Shown: positions 25,530 to 38,960, numbered from the stretch's first letter. The stretch is 64,000 nucleotides of DNA from Octopus sinensis (GCF_006345805.1 NC_042999.1:10292001-10356000); one strand, 5' to 3'. Made by a program: numbers and translations. The notes: generated by a model from the letters alone, not told the origin.

Positions 25530-25752
25530 CTTTACTACCCACAAGGGGCTAAACACAGAGGGGACAAACAAGGACAGACAAAGGGATTAAGTCGATTACA
25601 TCGATCCCAGTGCGTAACTGGTACTTAGTTTATCGACCCCGAAAGGATGAAAGGCAGAGTCGACCTCGGCGGAATTTTAACTCAGAACGTAACGGCAGAC
25701 GAAATACGGCTACGCATTTCGCCCGGCGCGCTAACGGTTCTGCCAGCTCACC
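25530..25752 (-). mobile_element. Full-length SINE family A with Tx1-like tail
   Basis: Minus strand ggtgagctggcagaaccgttagc (A box)...gagttaaaattccgccgagg (B box)...gccccttgtgggtagtaaagaaa. Confidence 0.9.
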
Positions 25753-25954
25753 GACTCAATGGACGACATCAATAATGCTGCACGATGAAGAGTATTAAAA
25801 ATCCGTCTGGTCCCCTATAAAAAAAAGGAAATTATAATCCCTTCTCCCAACCGGAGGATTTTTTTTTCTCTCAAACTCTGATGTTGTTAATGAATTTACT
25901 GAATCGCACCTCATTTGGTAATAAATATTAAGGAAACCCTATAAACCGTATCCA

Positions 25955-26175
25955 GGGAGACGAGCTGGAAGAATCGATAAAACGTCGGACATTAATGCCT
26001 TGCAGTATTGCTTCATGTTCTTTATGATGTGAGTTCAAGTACTGCTGAGATCGACTTTGCCTTTCATCCTTTTGGAGTTGATACAATAAAGTGTGAGTCA
26101 AGTATCGGGTCGATGCAAGGGAATAATTCCTTCCTCTTAGAATTGTTTACATTGTGCCAAAATTTAAAGCAATAT
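25955..26175 (+). mobile_element. SINE family A, diverged copy with alternative tail
   Basis: gcgagctgg-like head, gagttcaagt B box, gtcgactttgcctttcatcc-like body. Confidence 0.75.
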
Positions 26176-26594
26176 CAAAATCCAAAATCAAAATCCAGAA
26201 ATAAGATTCTAAATACAATAACGACACTAATCGTAATCCCAGACTACAAATTCAACCGAGCCAACGGAAAGGCCCCTACTTGCTCTCTCTTCTTGCGAGA
26301 GATAGCAGCCAAATCAACTAAATCTACTCCAAGTCATATCCTACCGTCTTTTAAAAAAAGCACATTAGAAAAGGTAGTCCGAAGAAGAGTATGTCTGAAT
26401 AAAAGACGAGATGGTCATGCGGGGAAAGTAATTGATCATATGTTGGCTTGATCTCGGCTGACTTTGAGCCACAGATCAAAAACTAAAACAGGCTCAATAA
26501 AGTTAAAGTCAAGTGAACCGGAGAACCGAGACAAGAAGAAAAAAAGCATTAACAGTTCACTGCTTTTCAAACTTTAAAATTTATACACACACAA

Positions 26595-26691
<97 letters not shown>

Positions 26692-27129
26692 AGGGTGTAC
26701 AGGAAGAAAGAAACCTGATACAAATAGACAACTATTATGAAATAACCACACCGGTCTTAGAGAAAGTGCTTTGAAGTAATCAAAGGTTAACTGATTAGTA
26801 TAATAAAACGACACCAGGAGAGAACAAAACTTTTCTCTGTTTTGTGTGTAACAATAAAGATCAAAGCAACATAAACACGAAACGAAATATTTTGGAAAAA
26901 AAAAAAAGAAAATTTGTAAACAAAAGATATAAAAACCATAAAAGTCAAAACGGAATTTTTTTTAAATACTAAAGTAAAAAAATAAAATTGAAGAATATTT
27001 TCATTTTGGCAAAATTCGAAGTGAGAGTGATTAGTGTGAGGAAATAAATACCTGGCGGTATGTGTTTCGGCCGCCACCAAAAGCAATAATTTTGCCATCG
27101 TCACTGGCACCAACTTAAATCAGACAATG

Positions 27130-27525
27130 TTATGGCCAATGGATTTGGCCAAAGTGATGGCAAGAACGTTCACCTGTAACGAAAGAGAAATTCTGGCTAA
27201 AGTCCATCTATTGCAGAGCGGGACCCAAGATCACCAGAATTCCAGACCTTCAGATCATTACTTCCCAACCAGAAAAGACTAAAGCTCAGAATAGAGGTAA
27301 AGATATTGGTCACACCCTGACGACATGTCAAAGACTGCTGACATCAGATATTTAGAAGTGGACGAAAGATAAGAATTGTGATGTGAGACACGGGTGTTAC
27401 GCATGCGCCAGCAACAACCAGCAGAATGATTTCTGTCACTGGATTAAGAGAGCAAAATACACTTTGTTGCGAACGCCAAGAAAACATCAACGGCAGAAAT
27501 AAAACGAGCAATAGCAACCAGGATA

Positions 27526-27557
<32 letters not shown>

Positions 27558-27660
27558 AGTTCAAACCAAAACAAAATCTAAAACACTGAAGAAGACTACC
27601 ATTCTGGAAAAGGAAGTTTCGCGGATCTTCCTCTCTAAAACCAACACCAAAGCAACTCCC
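27130..27660 (+). mobile_element. Possible Tx1 ORF1 relic
   Basis: Broken DIRYLEVD...RIV...CYACAS motif followed by an A/T/Q-rich tract; same layout as 2150-2560. Confidence 0.3.
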
Positions 27661-27756
27661 CCTCCACACACACACATACACACACACACACAGAGATACA
27701 CACACATACACACATCAGTCAGCCTCTATTCTCTTCCTCCAACTACTTGTAAAATT

Positions 27757-28162
27757 ATGGAAGAAGAAGAGGGGGTAGAGGAAGAGGACGAGGACGAGGA
27801 GGAAGAGGAGGCGGAGGAGGCAGAAGAGGGGAAGAGGAAGAGGAGGTGGAAGAAGAAAAAGAAGAAGAGGAGGAGGAGGAGGAGGAAGAGGAAGAGGAAG
27901 AGGAGGTGGAAGAAGAAAAAGAAGAAGAAGAGGAGGAGGAGGAGGAGGAGGAGGAGGAGGAAGAGGAAGAGGAGGAAGAGGGGAAGATGAAGAGGAGGTG
28001 GAAGAAGAAGAAGAAGAAGAAGAGGTGGAGGAGGAGGAAGAGGGGAAGAAGAAGAAGAAGAGGAGGAGGAGGAGGAGGAGGAGGGGGTTGAGGAGGAAGA
28101 AGAGGGGGAAGAAGAAGAAGAAGAAGAAGAAGAAGGGGGAGGGGAGGAGGAGAAGGAGGAGG
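27757..28162. repeat. (GAG)n/(GAA)n polypurine tract
   Basis: Seen directly in the sequence. Confidence 0.95.
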
Positions 28163-29309
28163 AACTGGGGCACGGCGACGAAACCTGTAATCAAAGCCAG
28201 GAACCGAGGAGCAGATATAACTGACAGTGATTTTCGTGTAACAAGAGCTGAAATGGACGTCCTGTGAGTATTTATTTTAGCCCCGAGAAGCACTCTTGTA
28301 CAAATGAAACTGACGAGTGTAGCTCCGTCCTAGTTTGCAAACAGACTCATTATTAGAAAAGCAGACGGAGGTACATATAGAATGCATCACAAGCTGTTCG
28401 TGTGAGTATTAGGGCTTCCAGTGCCGTAAACAACGCAGTTAGCTTCCGGGGACAGGGCACCCTTCTGTTCTTTATCAAAGTCGACTGCACAGATTGTAAA
28501 CGGCGGGACACAGGATTTTGCAGAATCAATCAGTGTAAATTGAAGCAAATGGTGTCCGCTGAAAAACTGAAACCAGATCAAGAAATTGTCGAGGTCTCTC
28601 GCTGATACAAGCTGGTTTTTTTTTTTAGTAAAACACAAGGTGACCCATTTTATGGGTGGGCAGCGAGACATATCTGGAATTGTGTCAGGAGTAATTTAGG
28701 ATTTTCGCAATTAGATACCAAAGTGAAGAGATAGAAGAGAACTTAGTTCTGTCTGCAAGGAAACCCCACTGGAGTAATATTGGTTTCTAACATTGACAGA
28801 ACGTCTCACACTTCAAAAGAAGGAAACAGGCTGACTCTGGAGCTTAATTTCTTGCGATTCTTCGAAATATTTATGTTTATATAAAAGACAGTTTCCCATT
28901 TCTTTACACAGTTCTTTCCATTTTTATTGACCACTGCAGGGTCTTTTGAGCTGCAAGTGTTGGATAGTAGAGGGTAGACAAGGCAATGCTCTATAATATG
29001 GTCTGCTTCTCTATAAGTTGTTTGGCAGGTCTTTTAGCTCCAACTGACCGAAGCAACTTTTGACCATTTTGTTTTCATTGTCAGGCAGTTGAGTGTCTTC
29101 CCCTAAATCCATGGAGCTTCTGAACCAAGAGGGATGTCTTCAGCAGAGAAACGATTCCCATGTTAATTGGAGAAGGGTCATCCTCGAGCTTTCTCATCCA
29201 GAGTTGGCATCTGATTTCTTGCAAGGCTACTATTAGGGATGGGCAGTCATTGGACCTGGCATCATGGTAGAAGTGTTCACATTGTGATTCCTGTCAATTT
29301 ATTCTTGGT

Positions 29310-29475
29310 ATTACCTGCCAATTCTACCAAACACTTCGCAGCCGGGTACTTGACTGCTACTTGTTGAAACCCGAATAATGAAAGCAAGTCTCACCACAGC
29401 AGAATTCGAACTCAGATCGTAAATGACATGACTAAATGCTGCCAGATATTTGATTTGTCGCACCGCTAACTCTGT
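29310..29475 (-). mobile_element. SINE family A, diverged
   Basis: Reverse complement contains gacagagttagc...gagttcgaattctgc...ctttcattattcggg. Confidence 0.65.
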
Positions 29476-29810
29476 CAAACGACACACACACACACACACA
29501 CACTGAACTATTATTGATACCAAACTTATTCGGCTTTCAATCAAATTTCTCAATAGATATTTCAAGTGTTATGAATTAATTATTTCTTTTTTTTTTTTTT
29601 TGTTATTTGTTTTTCGCATTCGTAATTAGAAAATAGTGAAGTTAATTAAATTTTCAAGACACGAAAAAGGACGGCTTGGAATGTTTAATGAATCGATAAG
29701 CAGAGGAAGAAACAAATAACAAACTCGGCATATCGATAAAATAAAAGAAGGCAAAATACATGTTGATACGACGAACTTGTACGATGTGTGTGTGTGTATA
29801 CATCATGTGT

Positions 29811-29844
<34 letters not shown>

Positions 29845-29861
29845 CTAAGTTCTTGGCGTTC

Positions 29862-30003
29862 CCCCTCCTCTTCCTCTTCATCTCCCTCCTCCTCCTCTTC
29901 TTCTTCTTCTTCTTCCTCCCCTTCCTCTTCCTCTCCTCTTCCACCTCCTCTTCCCTTCCTCTTCCCCCTCCACTTCCTCTCCTCCTCTTCCTCCATCTCC
30001 TCT
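29862..30003. repeat. (CCT)n/(CTT)n polypyrimidine tract
   Basis: Seen directly in the sequence. Confidence 0.95.
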
Positions 30004-30011
30004 TCTATATA

Positions 30012-30073
<62 letters not shown>

Positions 30074-31247
30074 CATATCATAGAAAGCGTATGCAAACAT
30101 ATGTGTGTATATATATATATATATATAATATATATATATATATATACATATATAAGGAAAATGTCTGGCTCTTCCTTTAACATGGTGAGAAAAAATACAA
30201 CAATCTACACATGAACATAGAAAGAGGATGATGAGAATAATGAGTAAAGAAAGCGAACTGGTTTGTTATACAAACACACAAACAAGATGAAATCGAAGAA
30301 AGAGTAAAGGAAATAGGAAAAACATAACAACACAAGTTTATTCCAAAAACAAGCAAAACTGATTCAAATAATTATTTTTCAAAAAATAGTTTAAATAGAA
30401 TAGAAATATTGAAAGCTGGAAAAAAAAAATTGATATTTCTCTCCAAAATAGAATCAAGAGGGGAAAAAGAAAAAGTTTGTATTTTAAAGTGTTGTCTTGA
30501 TGGAAGAAAATGAGGCGTAGAGGCGAGAGCAGTTTTTTGCTATATTTTCCTAAAGTTGCTAGGCTACAAACAAATGGATATTGAAGCAGAAAATTTCGTA
30601 ATTTCTCAGTGTGAAAGAGATTCGTGCCAACGAGGACTAGAAATAATTGAGACAAGTTCACACAACACAGAAACAAGGAGAGAAAAAGAACGGGTGAGTG
30701 AAATGCTAAAAGCTATCAAGAATCCGACAAGAACGAAAGAGGTAAAATACTTTTAAATATCTCTGTTGTTTCGGGAAAGGTTTCTTGCAATAAAACAGTT
30801 ATTGGTGTCCAATATGCTCTGATGTGGTCACGAGATATTAGAACGACATGTATCAATACGGTCTTTAGTTCTCTAGAAATAATTTTCAAATAAGTTTAAT
30901 CTTAAATTTCTTGTAGATTAATTCTCATAACTTACATCAGAGATTGCAACGGGGATTCTTTTCAGTTCGTTTGATAGCGCAACCCGTTTGAAAACAATCC
31001 GCTTCATAGCGCAAAGACACCAGTCAAAGGGCCCAGGTCGACCCGGGAGGAATGCTGTTGATTCCTTTCTTTTGCTAGTAAATTGTACAATCGCACAATT
31101 TGATTGTAGCAATAGGAATCCCAACGGTTTGTGCAATCTTATGCTGGTTAAGTCCACCCTCAGATCGCCCCCCCCCTATATGCCCTCTTTGAAAACCAGA
31201 CAACCCTTTTGCTTCTGGTGTTCGCGGCATGACTAGTTGTTATTAAC

Positions 31248-31940
31248 CAGTGCTTCTCAACCCTTTTTTTTTTGCCTATGGGTCCCTTTGATTCCTAGTT
31301 TAATCTTCTGGATCTCCAGAGCCATTCGATGTAAAAAAAAAATATCGTACTGTATTTTTATAATTAAATATTGTTAGGAATTCTATAAAAAAATTAAAAC
31401 ATTTTACGTATTGTTAGAGTATAATTAATTGCTGATAAATTTTAACAACAAAATCTTATATGGATCCCGCCAAAGGCCATATGAAAGCCCTGGGATTCTA
31501 TGGATCTCTGGATGGAAGCACTCCGTCGGTTACGACGATGAGGGTTCCGGTTGATCCGAATCAACGGAACAGCCTGCTCGTGAAATCAACGTGTAAGTGC
31601 CTGAGCACTCCACAGACACGTGTACCCTTAACGTAGTTCTCAGGGATATTCAGCGTGACACAGAGAGTGACAAGGCCGGCCCCTTGAAATACAGGTACAA
31701 CAGAAACAGGAAGTAAGAGTGAGAGAAAGTTGTGGTGAAAGAGTACAGCAGGGATCACCACCATCCCCTGCCGGAGCCTCGCGGAGCTTTTAGGTGTTTT
31801 CGCTCAATAAACACTCACAACGCCCGGTCTGGGAATCGAAACCGCGATCCTATGACCGCGAGTCCGCTGCCCTAACCACTGGGCCATTGCGCCTCCACAT
31901 GGATCTCTAAGGGTGATATGAACCCCGATCGAGAACCACA
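31248..31940. mobile_element. hAT-like MITE interrupted by a SINE
   Basis: Left end cagtgcttctcaac, right end gatcgagaaccac (degenerate CAGTG-type TIR). Confidence 0.5.
31510..31898 (-). mobile_element. SINE family C (tRNA head), full length, with 10-bp TSD
   Basis: Head gtggaggcgcaatggcccagtggttagggcagcggactcgcgg...gtttcgattccc. Near-identical copy at 50020-50404. TSD atggatctct at 31500-31509 and 31899-31908. Confidence 0.92.
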
Positions 31941-32309
31941 AATTGAAACAGTTAATATCCTGCCGAATATGAGATGAAAAATAATTCATTGCAAAGTTTG
32001 AAGCACAACGTAGTGTCCGCACTGACATACATACATACATACAAGCACATACATACACACACATACATACATACATACATACATACACACATACATACAC
32101 ACATACACACACATACACACACACATATATACATACATACATACATACACACACACATACATACACACATACATACACACATACATACACACATACATAC
32201 ACACATACACACACATACACACACGCACACACATACATACATACATACATACATACATACATACATACATACATACATACATACATACATACATACATAC
32301 ATACATACA

Positions 32310-32625
32310 GAAATTAGGCTTCTCAAAACCAGAAAGGAGACAGCTGATTCGAAGACTACAGATCCAAGCGATCAGTGGAACTGTGAAAATCTGTAAAACT
32401 TTCCAGAAGTTTATCATTTAAGTTTATATGAGTATGTCTAGATATGCAACTATATGCATGAGAATACATACATAAAACAAAACATACGAATCTGCACGTA
32501 TACATACACACATATAAAATACCGCGTTGTTGATGTTGAAATTCCAATGAAGGAGCCTTGGATCAAGGTTAGAAACAGACACTTTCTCTATTGGCAAAAA
32601 ATCTTGAAATAAAACTGAATAATGA
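32310..32625 (+). mobile_element. R4/Dong-type LINE extreme 3' fragment (second subfamily)
   Basis: KLGFSKPERRQLIRRLQIQAISGTVKICKTFQKFII* is homologous to the C-terminus at 62480-62590; begins straight after (CATA)n. Confidence 0.8.
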
Positions 32626-33026
32626 CATAAATACATACACACATAATCTCTGGCTATATTTACTTCATGCAAAAAGAATTTCAAAATAATTGGCAACCAT
32701 TAAAAATTCAATATTTAGATATTTCCGTAATACATACTGAATTTAATTTTCTGTGTGTGTGTGTGTGTGTATGTGTGTGTGCGTGTGCAATGAGAAAATT
32801 TTCTTTATCAGATATTTAAATCCGGTTTAGGAAGGTAATCAATCTTAAAAGTACCAAGTAGGTGTGGCTGCTATATATATACATGCATACATACATACAT
32901 ACATACATGCATACATACATACATACATACATACATACATACATACATACATACATACATGCATGCATGCATACATACATACATACATACATACATACAT
33001 ACATACATACATACATACATGTATAC

Positions 33027-33061
<35 letters not shown>

Positions 33062-33366
33062 CATACAGTTTCATGTTTATATGTATATACATATATCAGG
33101 ATTCATTTGAATAAGGTGCTTAAAGGTAAACCACCTGGTTAGGTCAAAATAAAAGGCAGAAACAACAATTATAGACGAATGGCAACATCGATAGCGAAGC
33201 AGCGGCAGAATGATATTCGGGTCCTGCATGCAATCCCTTGAACCCAACTGAGGACCTAATCAGCTCTTGATCTATTCAGAAATGTACATTCTACTATTTT
33301 TCGTTTTGGGATTTGGTTTGCAAGATTCTTTATATGAGTTCGTGTGTTGAAGCATATTCTGTTTTT

Positions 33367-33492
33367 GTGTCTTATAATGTAACACATTCACCGGTAAAAC
33401 TGAAAAGGTTGCAAGACAACGAAAATTTTAGGAAAATAAAAATAAGAAATAAGTGGAAATTTTACCGGTGAGTGTGTTACATTATAAGGCAC
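33367..33492. repeat. 33-bp inverted repeat pair with ~60-bp spacer (MITE core)
   Basis: gtgtcttataatgtaacacattcaccggtaaaa versus ttttaccggtgagtgtgttacattataaggcac (2 mismatches). Confidence 0.8.
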
Positions 33493-33721
33493 TAAAAGAA
33501 AATGATTCTCCCCAGATACAACAGTACATTCTATTAAATATACATTATACGCACCGTGGATTTAAAAATTCTTTTTTAAACGTCCTTGAGTGTAAAATTC
33601 ATGCATACAACTGATAAAAACTGGTTTTTTGTAATGATAAAATGTATTCATTGATCAGTAAACTTCCATAGAAACGGCTGTAAAGAACTTACACCTATCC
33701 ATCAATTGTTATGTATTTATG

Positions 33722-34116
33722 TATATATATATAAAGCTGAAGTTGTCTGTGTGTGCATGGCAGGTTTGGTAGCCTTCAACTAACACTATCTCCGCTGAGA
33801 CCCTGCTGTGCAAGTTGACCAAAATTGAGAGTATGATAGAAGAAGGCTTGCTCTTCCTTCCGTAGAAGATAAAATTCAAATCGGGCCATGTTAACACCAA
33901 AAATTATTTACATCAAAAAGGTGCTTCTTTTCTATGAAAATCCTTATTTTTTACGATTTTTTTTACTGCTGTGTTGCCATTTTTCGGTGTATTTCAACCA
34001 GAAAAATGATAACTTAAAGAGAATAACAAGCTACATAATGCAAAATTTTTACTTTTCAAAAATTCCAATTCTAAAGGGTCGAAACAAACCCGAGCAACAC
34101 CGGGCGATACTGCAAG
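33722..34116 (+). mobile_element. Non-autonomous Helitron-like element
   Basis: 5' tatatatataaagctgaagttgtctgtg; 3' subterminal hairpin cccgagcaacaccggg followed by a degenerate CTAG (ctgcaag|t). Confidence 0.55.
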
Positions 34117-34118
34117 TG

Positions 34119-34168
<50 letters not shown>

Positions 34169-34492
34169 TGTGTGTGTGTGTGTACGCGCGCGTCTGTTTG
34201 TGTACACATGCACGCATACACATTTACATTCACACAAATACATATAATAACTGGAGCACCAGTACAGACATAAAATTAGTGAAGAGTTAAAAATACATAT
34301 TCAATAAACAAACATTTTGTCTCGCTATGAAAATAAACTCTGCGATTAACCTACAGGAGTTAGGGGGGGGGCTTCAATGGCGAGGAAAGAAGATAGGACT
34401 AGATCCGATATCAACTCACATATCTGTGATACGTGTGTGTGGGGGGGGGGGGTGCGTTTGTGTGTGTGTGTTTGCGCGTGTGTGCGTGTGTG

Positions 34493-34608
<116 letters not shown>

Positions 34609-35260
34609 CAGTGTGCGTAAGATATTTGAGGACAGATTTATGTTTATAAAAACACAGATATATAATAACAGATAAAAACTTTATTTATCAAAAAATGCTA
34701 TGAGGATGAAATTGAACCTTCTTTTCTATAATGTTATTCAATAAAACCACCTTCAGCTTCAACAACGGCTTCTGTATGAGATCTAAATCATCTACATGTT
34801 CGAATCAAGTGGTCCTGGTTCATTTTGGACATTACTCTGACTATGGCAGCTTTCAAAGAATCTTTGGTGTTATGGGCGTGTTCATTGACCTCTCTCTCAA
34901 CAACGCTCCACATGTAATAGTCCAATGGATTGAGGTCTGGGGAATTAGGAGGACAAAGCTTAGGGGTTATGCGATCATGAAAATTTTCAGCCATCCATTC
35001 CTGTGTTACTAAAGCCATGTGTGATAGTGCAAAGTCTTACTGAAACACATATGGCCTCCCATTGCATACACGCTCTATCCAGGGTTTAACAAGGCGAAGG
35101 CCTTGTGGAAAGAAGTAAGGGGGCATCACATGTCCTTCATTGTTGACAACCCCTAAAACCATGAGAGTTGCAGGAAATTTTGTATGCATAACAGTTGGAA
35201 CCTCTGCAGGGGTCTGCTTATAACCATCTGTCATTTCTTCAGTTAACTTTTTGATCTTGG
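34609..35260 (-). mobile_element. Tc1/mariner maT-type (DD37D) transposase relic, 3' half
   Basis: VFQ*DFALSH...PPNSPDLNPLDYYMW has 37 residues between the two aspartates. TA|CAGTG terminus at 34609. Confidence 0.85.
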
Positions 35261-35384
35261 TTGAAGTTTTTCTCGTTTGAGAAAAGCCAAATCAAATCTT
35301 CTTCTGCTGGATTTTTCAGTTTGTTTAAGAGCCTTTTTAGATCTGATGTAGAGACTTTCTTTTGCTTTTTTTTTTTTTTTGACA

Positions 35385-35690
35385 TATTGACCTTTCCTCC
35401 TCATATAAGACTTCGTGGGCAACATTTCTGCCTCTGGTTCTGCTTCTTACCACTTCTGCCCTCATCACTCTCCTTACCCTCCGCTCCTCATCCGCTCCTC
35501 TCCATGTGGCCAAACTACCTCAACATTGATCTATCCATTTTGCCCGTTAGTTTTTCTCTCTTTCCTGCTCGTCTTTGCACATCCTCATTTCTCATCCTGT
35601 CCATCCGTGTCACACCAACCATAACCCTCAGACATCTCATCTCAAGCATATCTAGTCGCCTCCTTTCCACCTCTTTCAGCCTCCCACGTC
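35385..35690 (-). mobile_element. RTE-clade LINE fragment
   Basis: RLDMLEMRCLRVMVGVTRMDRMRNEDV...LR*FGHMER. Confidence 0.85.
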
Positions 35691-36304
35691 TGAAAAGAGG
35701 TGATGGTCAGGACTGGACATCTCTGGTGATGTAAGTGCTGGGTCAGGTCTGAGCTGGGGTTAAAAGGATGATCTTCGACGTCATCTTGCTGAGCAAGTTA
35801 CAGTTTATTCAGCAAACGAAATACCGCATAAATCCGCCTAAATCCACCTAAATCCGCCCAAATCCGTTCCTTCCACACAAAAGTATATAACAATGACAGT
35901 AAAATGTATTTAAAGATTCATCATAAACGGTAAACAGTGAACTGCTTCTTCTTCTTCTTTTTCTTCTCCTTCTCCTTCTCGTTCTTCTTCCTCTTTTTCT
36001 TCCTCTTCTTCTTCACCTCCTCCTCCTCCACCTCCACCATATATATGGCCAGTGCCATGTCTATGAGCAACATTGACACACTCAAAAGTGTATCCCCCCA
36101 CCCTCCTGTTATATGAAGCTGGTCTCAAGTGCCGTTGGGTAATTGTGACGCATCCACTGGAGGCGGAGAGAATTTTAGAATTTTTTTCATGAATCATAAA
36201 TGCCATACGACATTTGTCTTACGTCATCAGACGTCATCAGTGGTTTCAAATTTTGATACAAGGCCAGCCATTTTGGGGGAAGGGTAAGTCGATTACATCG
36301 ACAA

Positions 36305-36665
36305 GCGTAGCTGTGTGGTACGAAGCTTGCTTCCCAACCACGTGGTTCCGGGTCCAGGCCGACCAAAGCCTTGTGAGTGGACTTGGGAGAAGGAAACTGA
36401 AAGAAGCCCGTCGTATGTGTGTATGTGTGTGTATGTGTGTGCGTGTGTGTGTGCGTGTGTGTGTGCGTGTGTGTGTGTCCCACTCCTATCGCTTGACAAC
36501 CGATGTTGGTGTGTTTACGTCCCCGTAACTTGGCCGTTCGGCAAAAGAGACCGATAGAATAATTACTAAGCTTACAAAGAATAAGTCCTGGGGGTCGATT
36601 TGTTCGACTAAAGGCAGTGCTCAAGCATGGCCGCAGTCAAATGACTGGAACAAGTAAAAGAATAA
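36305..36665 (+). mobile_element. SINE family B, full length
   Basis: gctgtgtggtacgaagcttgcttcccaacc...internal (TG)n...gactggaacaagtaaaag. Confidence 0.9.
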
Positions 36666-36689
36666 AAGGAAAATAAAAGAAACACCCAA

Positions 36690-36835
36690 TGTTCAACTGG
36701 TACTTATTTTATCGACCCCCGAAAGAGATGAAAGGCAAAGTCGACCCCGGTGGAATTTGAACTCAGAACGTAAGGACGGCGGCCAACACACTGCTAAGCA
36801 TTTTACTCGGCGCGCTAACGATTCCGCCCGCTCAT
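36690..36835 (-). mobile_element. SINE family A
   Basis: Reverse complement gcgagcgggcggaatcgttagcgcgcc...gagttcaaattccaccgggg. Confidence 0.85.
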
Positions 36836-36872
36836 CGCCTTCTCACCAAATCATCAAATGCAATCTTACCCG

Positions 36873-36911
<39 letters not shown>

Positions 36912-36936
36912 TAGATAGATAGATAGATATATAGAT

Positions 36937-36994
<58 letters not shown>

Positions 36995-37935
36995 GTTATG
37001 AGAGGCAATGGTGTCCTACTCAGCACCCTAGCACTATATTCCAGTCCTACTTTCTAGTCCTACTTTCTAGTCCTGCACTCCAAGCCTGCACTCCAGATTC
37101 CCCCCTCCCCAGTCAAGTCCTACACTCCACTCCTGCAATCTTCCCTTCCATTATTGTTAGGTTTTATAAATATTTATAAATCGATTCTTATCTGAAAGGG
37201 AAAATGGCGCGTTAGAGGCAAAATACGTTTAAGAAAAATAGACATGAAAAGTAAAGGCAGTCCTTGCGGGATTCGAACCCGGAATGGAGAAGGGCAGAGC
37301 TTAATAGTGAAAGACATTTAATCCGGGGGATTATTGTTACTAATCCCCATCGCTTTTGGGAGTTTTTTCCTGTAGAATTATGACGATGACTACTACGACG
37401 ACGATGACGATGGTGTCGGCAGTGGGGATGGTGGTGAATTGCATTTATGTCAAACAGGTCTATGACCAAAAGTGTTCTAGCCATGACCGTCCAGCTTTTT
37501 TAGAAATATCTAAGATTACATAATTCGATGTCTAATTTCCCTTTAAAAACGGTAAGTTGGCAGTGAAGGGAGATTTGGTGGCTATGTCTAGCAGGTCGAT
37601 CAGCCACGTAGCGGTTCCTCGTTGGTTTTGCTTAACCTTCGATACTCGACGCTCGCAGTTCCAATCATCAATAAATCGTTATTTAATCAACTTCAGAAAG
37701 ATAGAAAAAAATTATATTAACCCCCGGAGGAATCATAGATGACATAAGATTCGAACCTATGATTTACAACAACAGAACTAAGATACGGAATTATTCTTTC
37801 TGCCACATTTCGCGTCATTCAATATTTCTTCTTGGTTCTCATTCTCTGATTATTCACATCTTGTTTTCATCTCTTTTACACCCAATACCCTACTGTGGCG
37901 TCTGTGTGTATGTATGTATGTATATATATATATAT

Positions 37936-37966
<31 letters not shown>

Positions 37967-38177
37967 TGTATGTATGTGTGTATGTATACACATACACACA
38001 ATTTAAGTGTGTGTGTGTTTGTGTGTGTGTGTGTTTTGATTAAAATCATTCCTTCTTTTGTATCGCCAACAATTTTCCATTTTTGGAATGTGGTTCTAAA
38101 CACTTATCTAGGCCAAATTCCAAGCCTATTTTAGTGATGTTTTTGTTGGTGTTTTTTTACATGTTGTTTATTTGTCG

Positions 38178-38224
<47 letters not shown>

Positions 38225-38654
38225 CGCGCACCTGTGAGTGAGTAAACGAACGAACGAAAGTAGCAGTGAACAGATGTGGTAGGAGTTACAGGTTTATTTT
38301 TAATAACAGTTCAATTCAACACCACATGACTTAAAGTTTCGTGGAGCGTAGCAACCACCTAGCAACGGAGTAGAAGTTTTGAAATTCAAGATGGCTTCCA
38401 AGTGTTTAGGTTCGTAATGTCCAGTGCGGGTCACGTGTTATGAATGCTGACAAAGTTATTTTCCTTATTTTTAGGCCCACTTGTTTCGGAGAGGATGATG
38501 AGCGGGTGCTCGCGCCACTTTGGCGGCAGGCTGCAGCTCGGTGGATTCGGCAACATCGTGTATGATACATATGCACGTGTGTGTGTGTGTGTGTGTATGT
38601 GTGTGTGTGTGTGTGTGAAATTACAGGAATATAAACAACACATTTTTTTCAATA

Positions 38655-38960
38655 TCTCTCTATATATAAAACTGAGAATATGTGTCTGTCTGTCTGTGTG
38701 TTTCCCTAAAACTTGAGAACTACACAACCAATTCCATTCAAATTTTACACATGCCTTACTTAAGATCCGGGGAGTGTCATCGGCAAAAAAATTTTAACTT
38801 TTTTCCCTAGGGCGACCCCACAGCAATATCATATCTTCTCCACTATTTCAGTATTACGTGTTAAAAGTGAAACAAAAACATCTTTCTTTTGTAATGCAGG
38901 CACTTTCACTTTAATACTGAAACTATTAAAGTGAAAGTATTATATAACAGGGATGAACCA
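38655..38960 (+). mobile_element. Helitron-like element, 5' part
   Basis: A|TC start, tctatatataaaactgagaa..tgtctgtctg..ccctaaaacttgagaactacac; same as 63327-63478. Confidence 0.6.

Noticed and set aside
27715-28293. Poly-E/K/R and poly-P/L/S ORFs, also at 29654-30183
   Set aside because: They are translations of (GAG)/(GAA) tracts with no other coding signal.
28387-28671. ORFs with Cys pairs (DCTDCKRR) and an AVDFDK word resembling RT
   Set aside because: The motifs do not extend; support is insufficient for either a gene or a transposon.
37255-37290. tRNA-like B box on the minus strand (gggttcgaatccc)
   Set aside because: No A box, D arm or acceptor stem could be built; at most a SINE/tRNA remnant.
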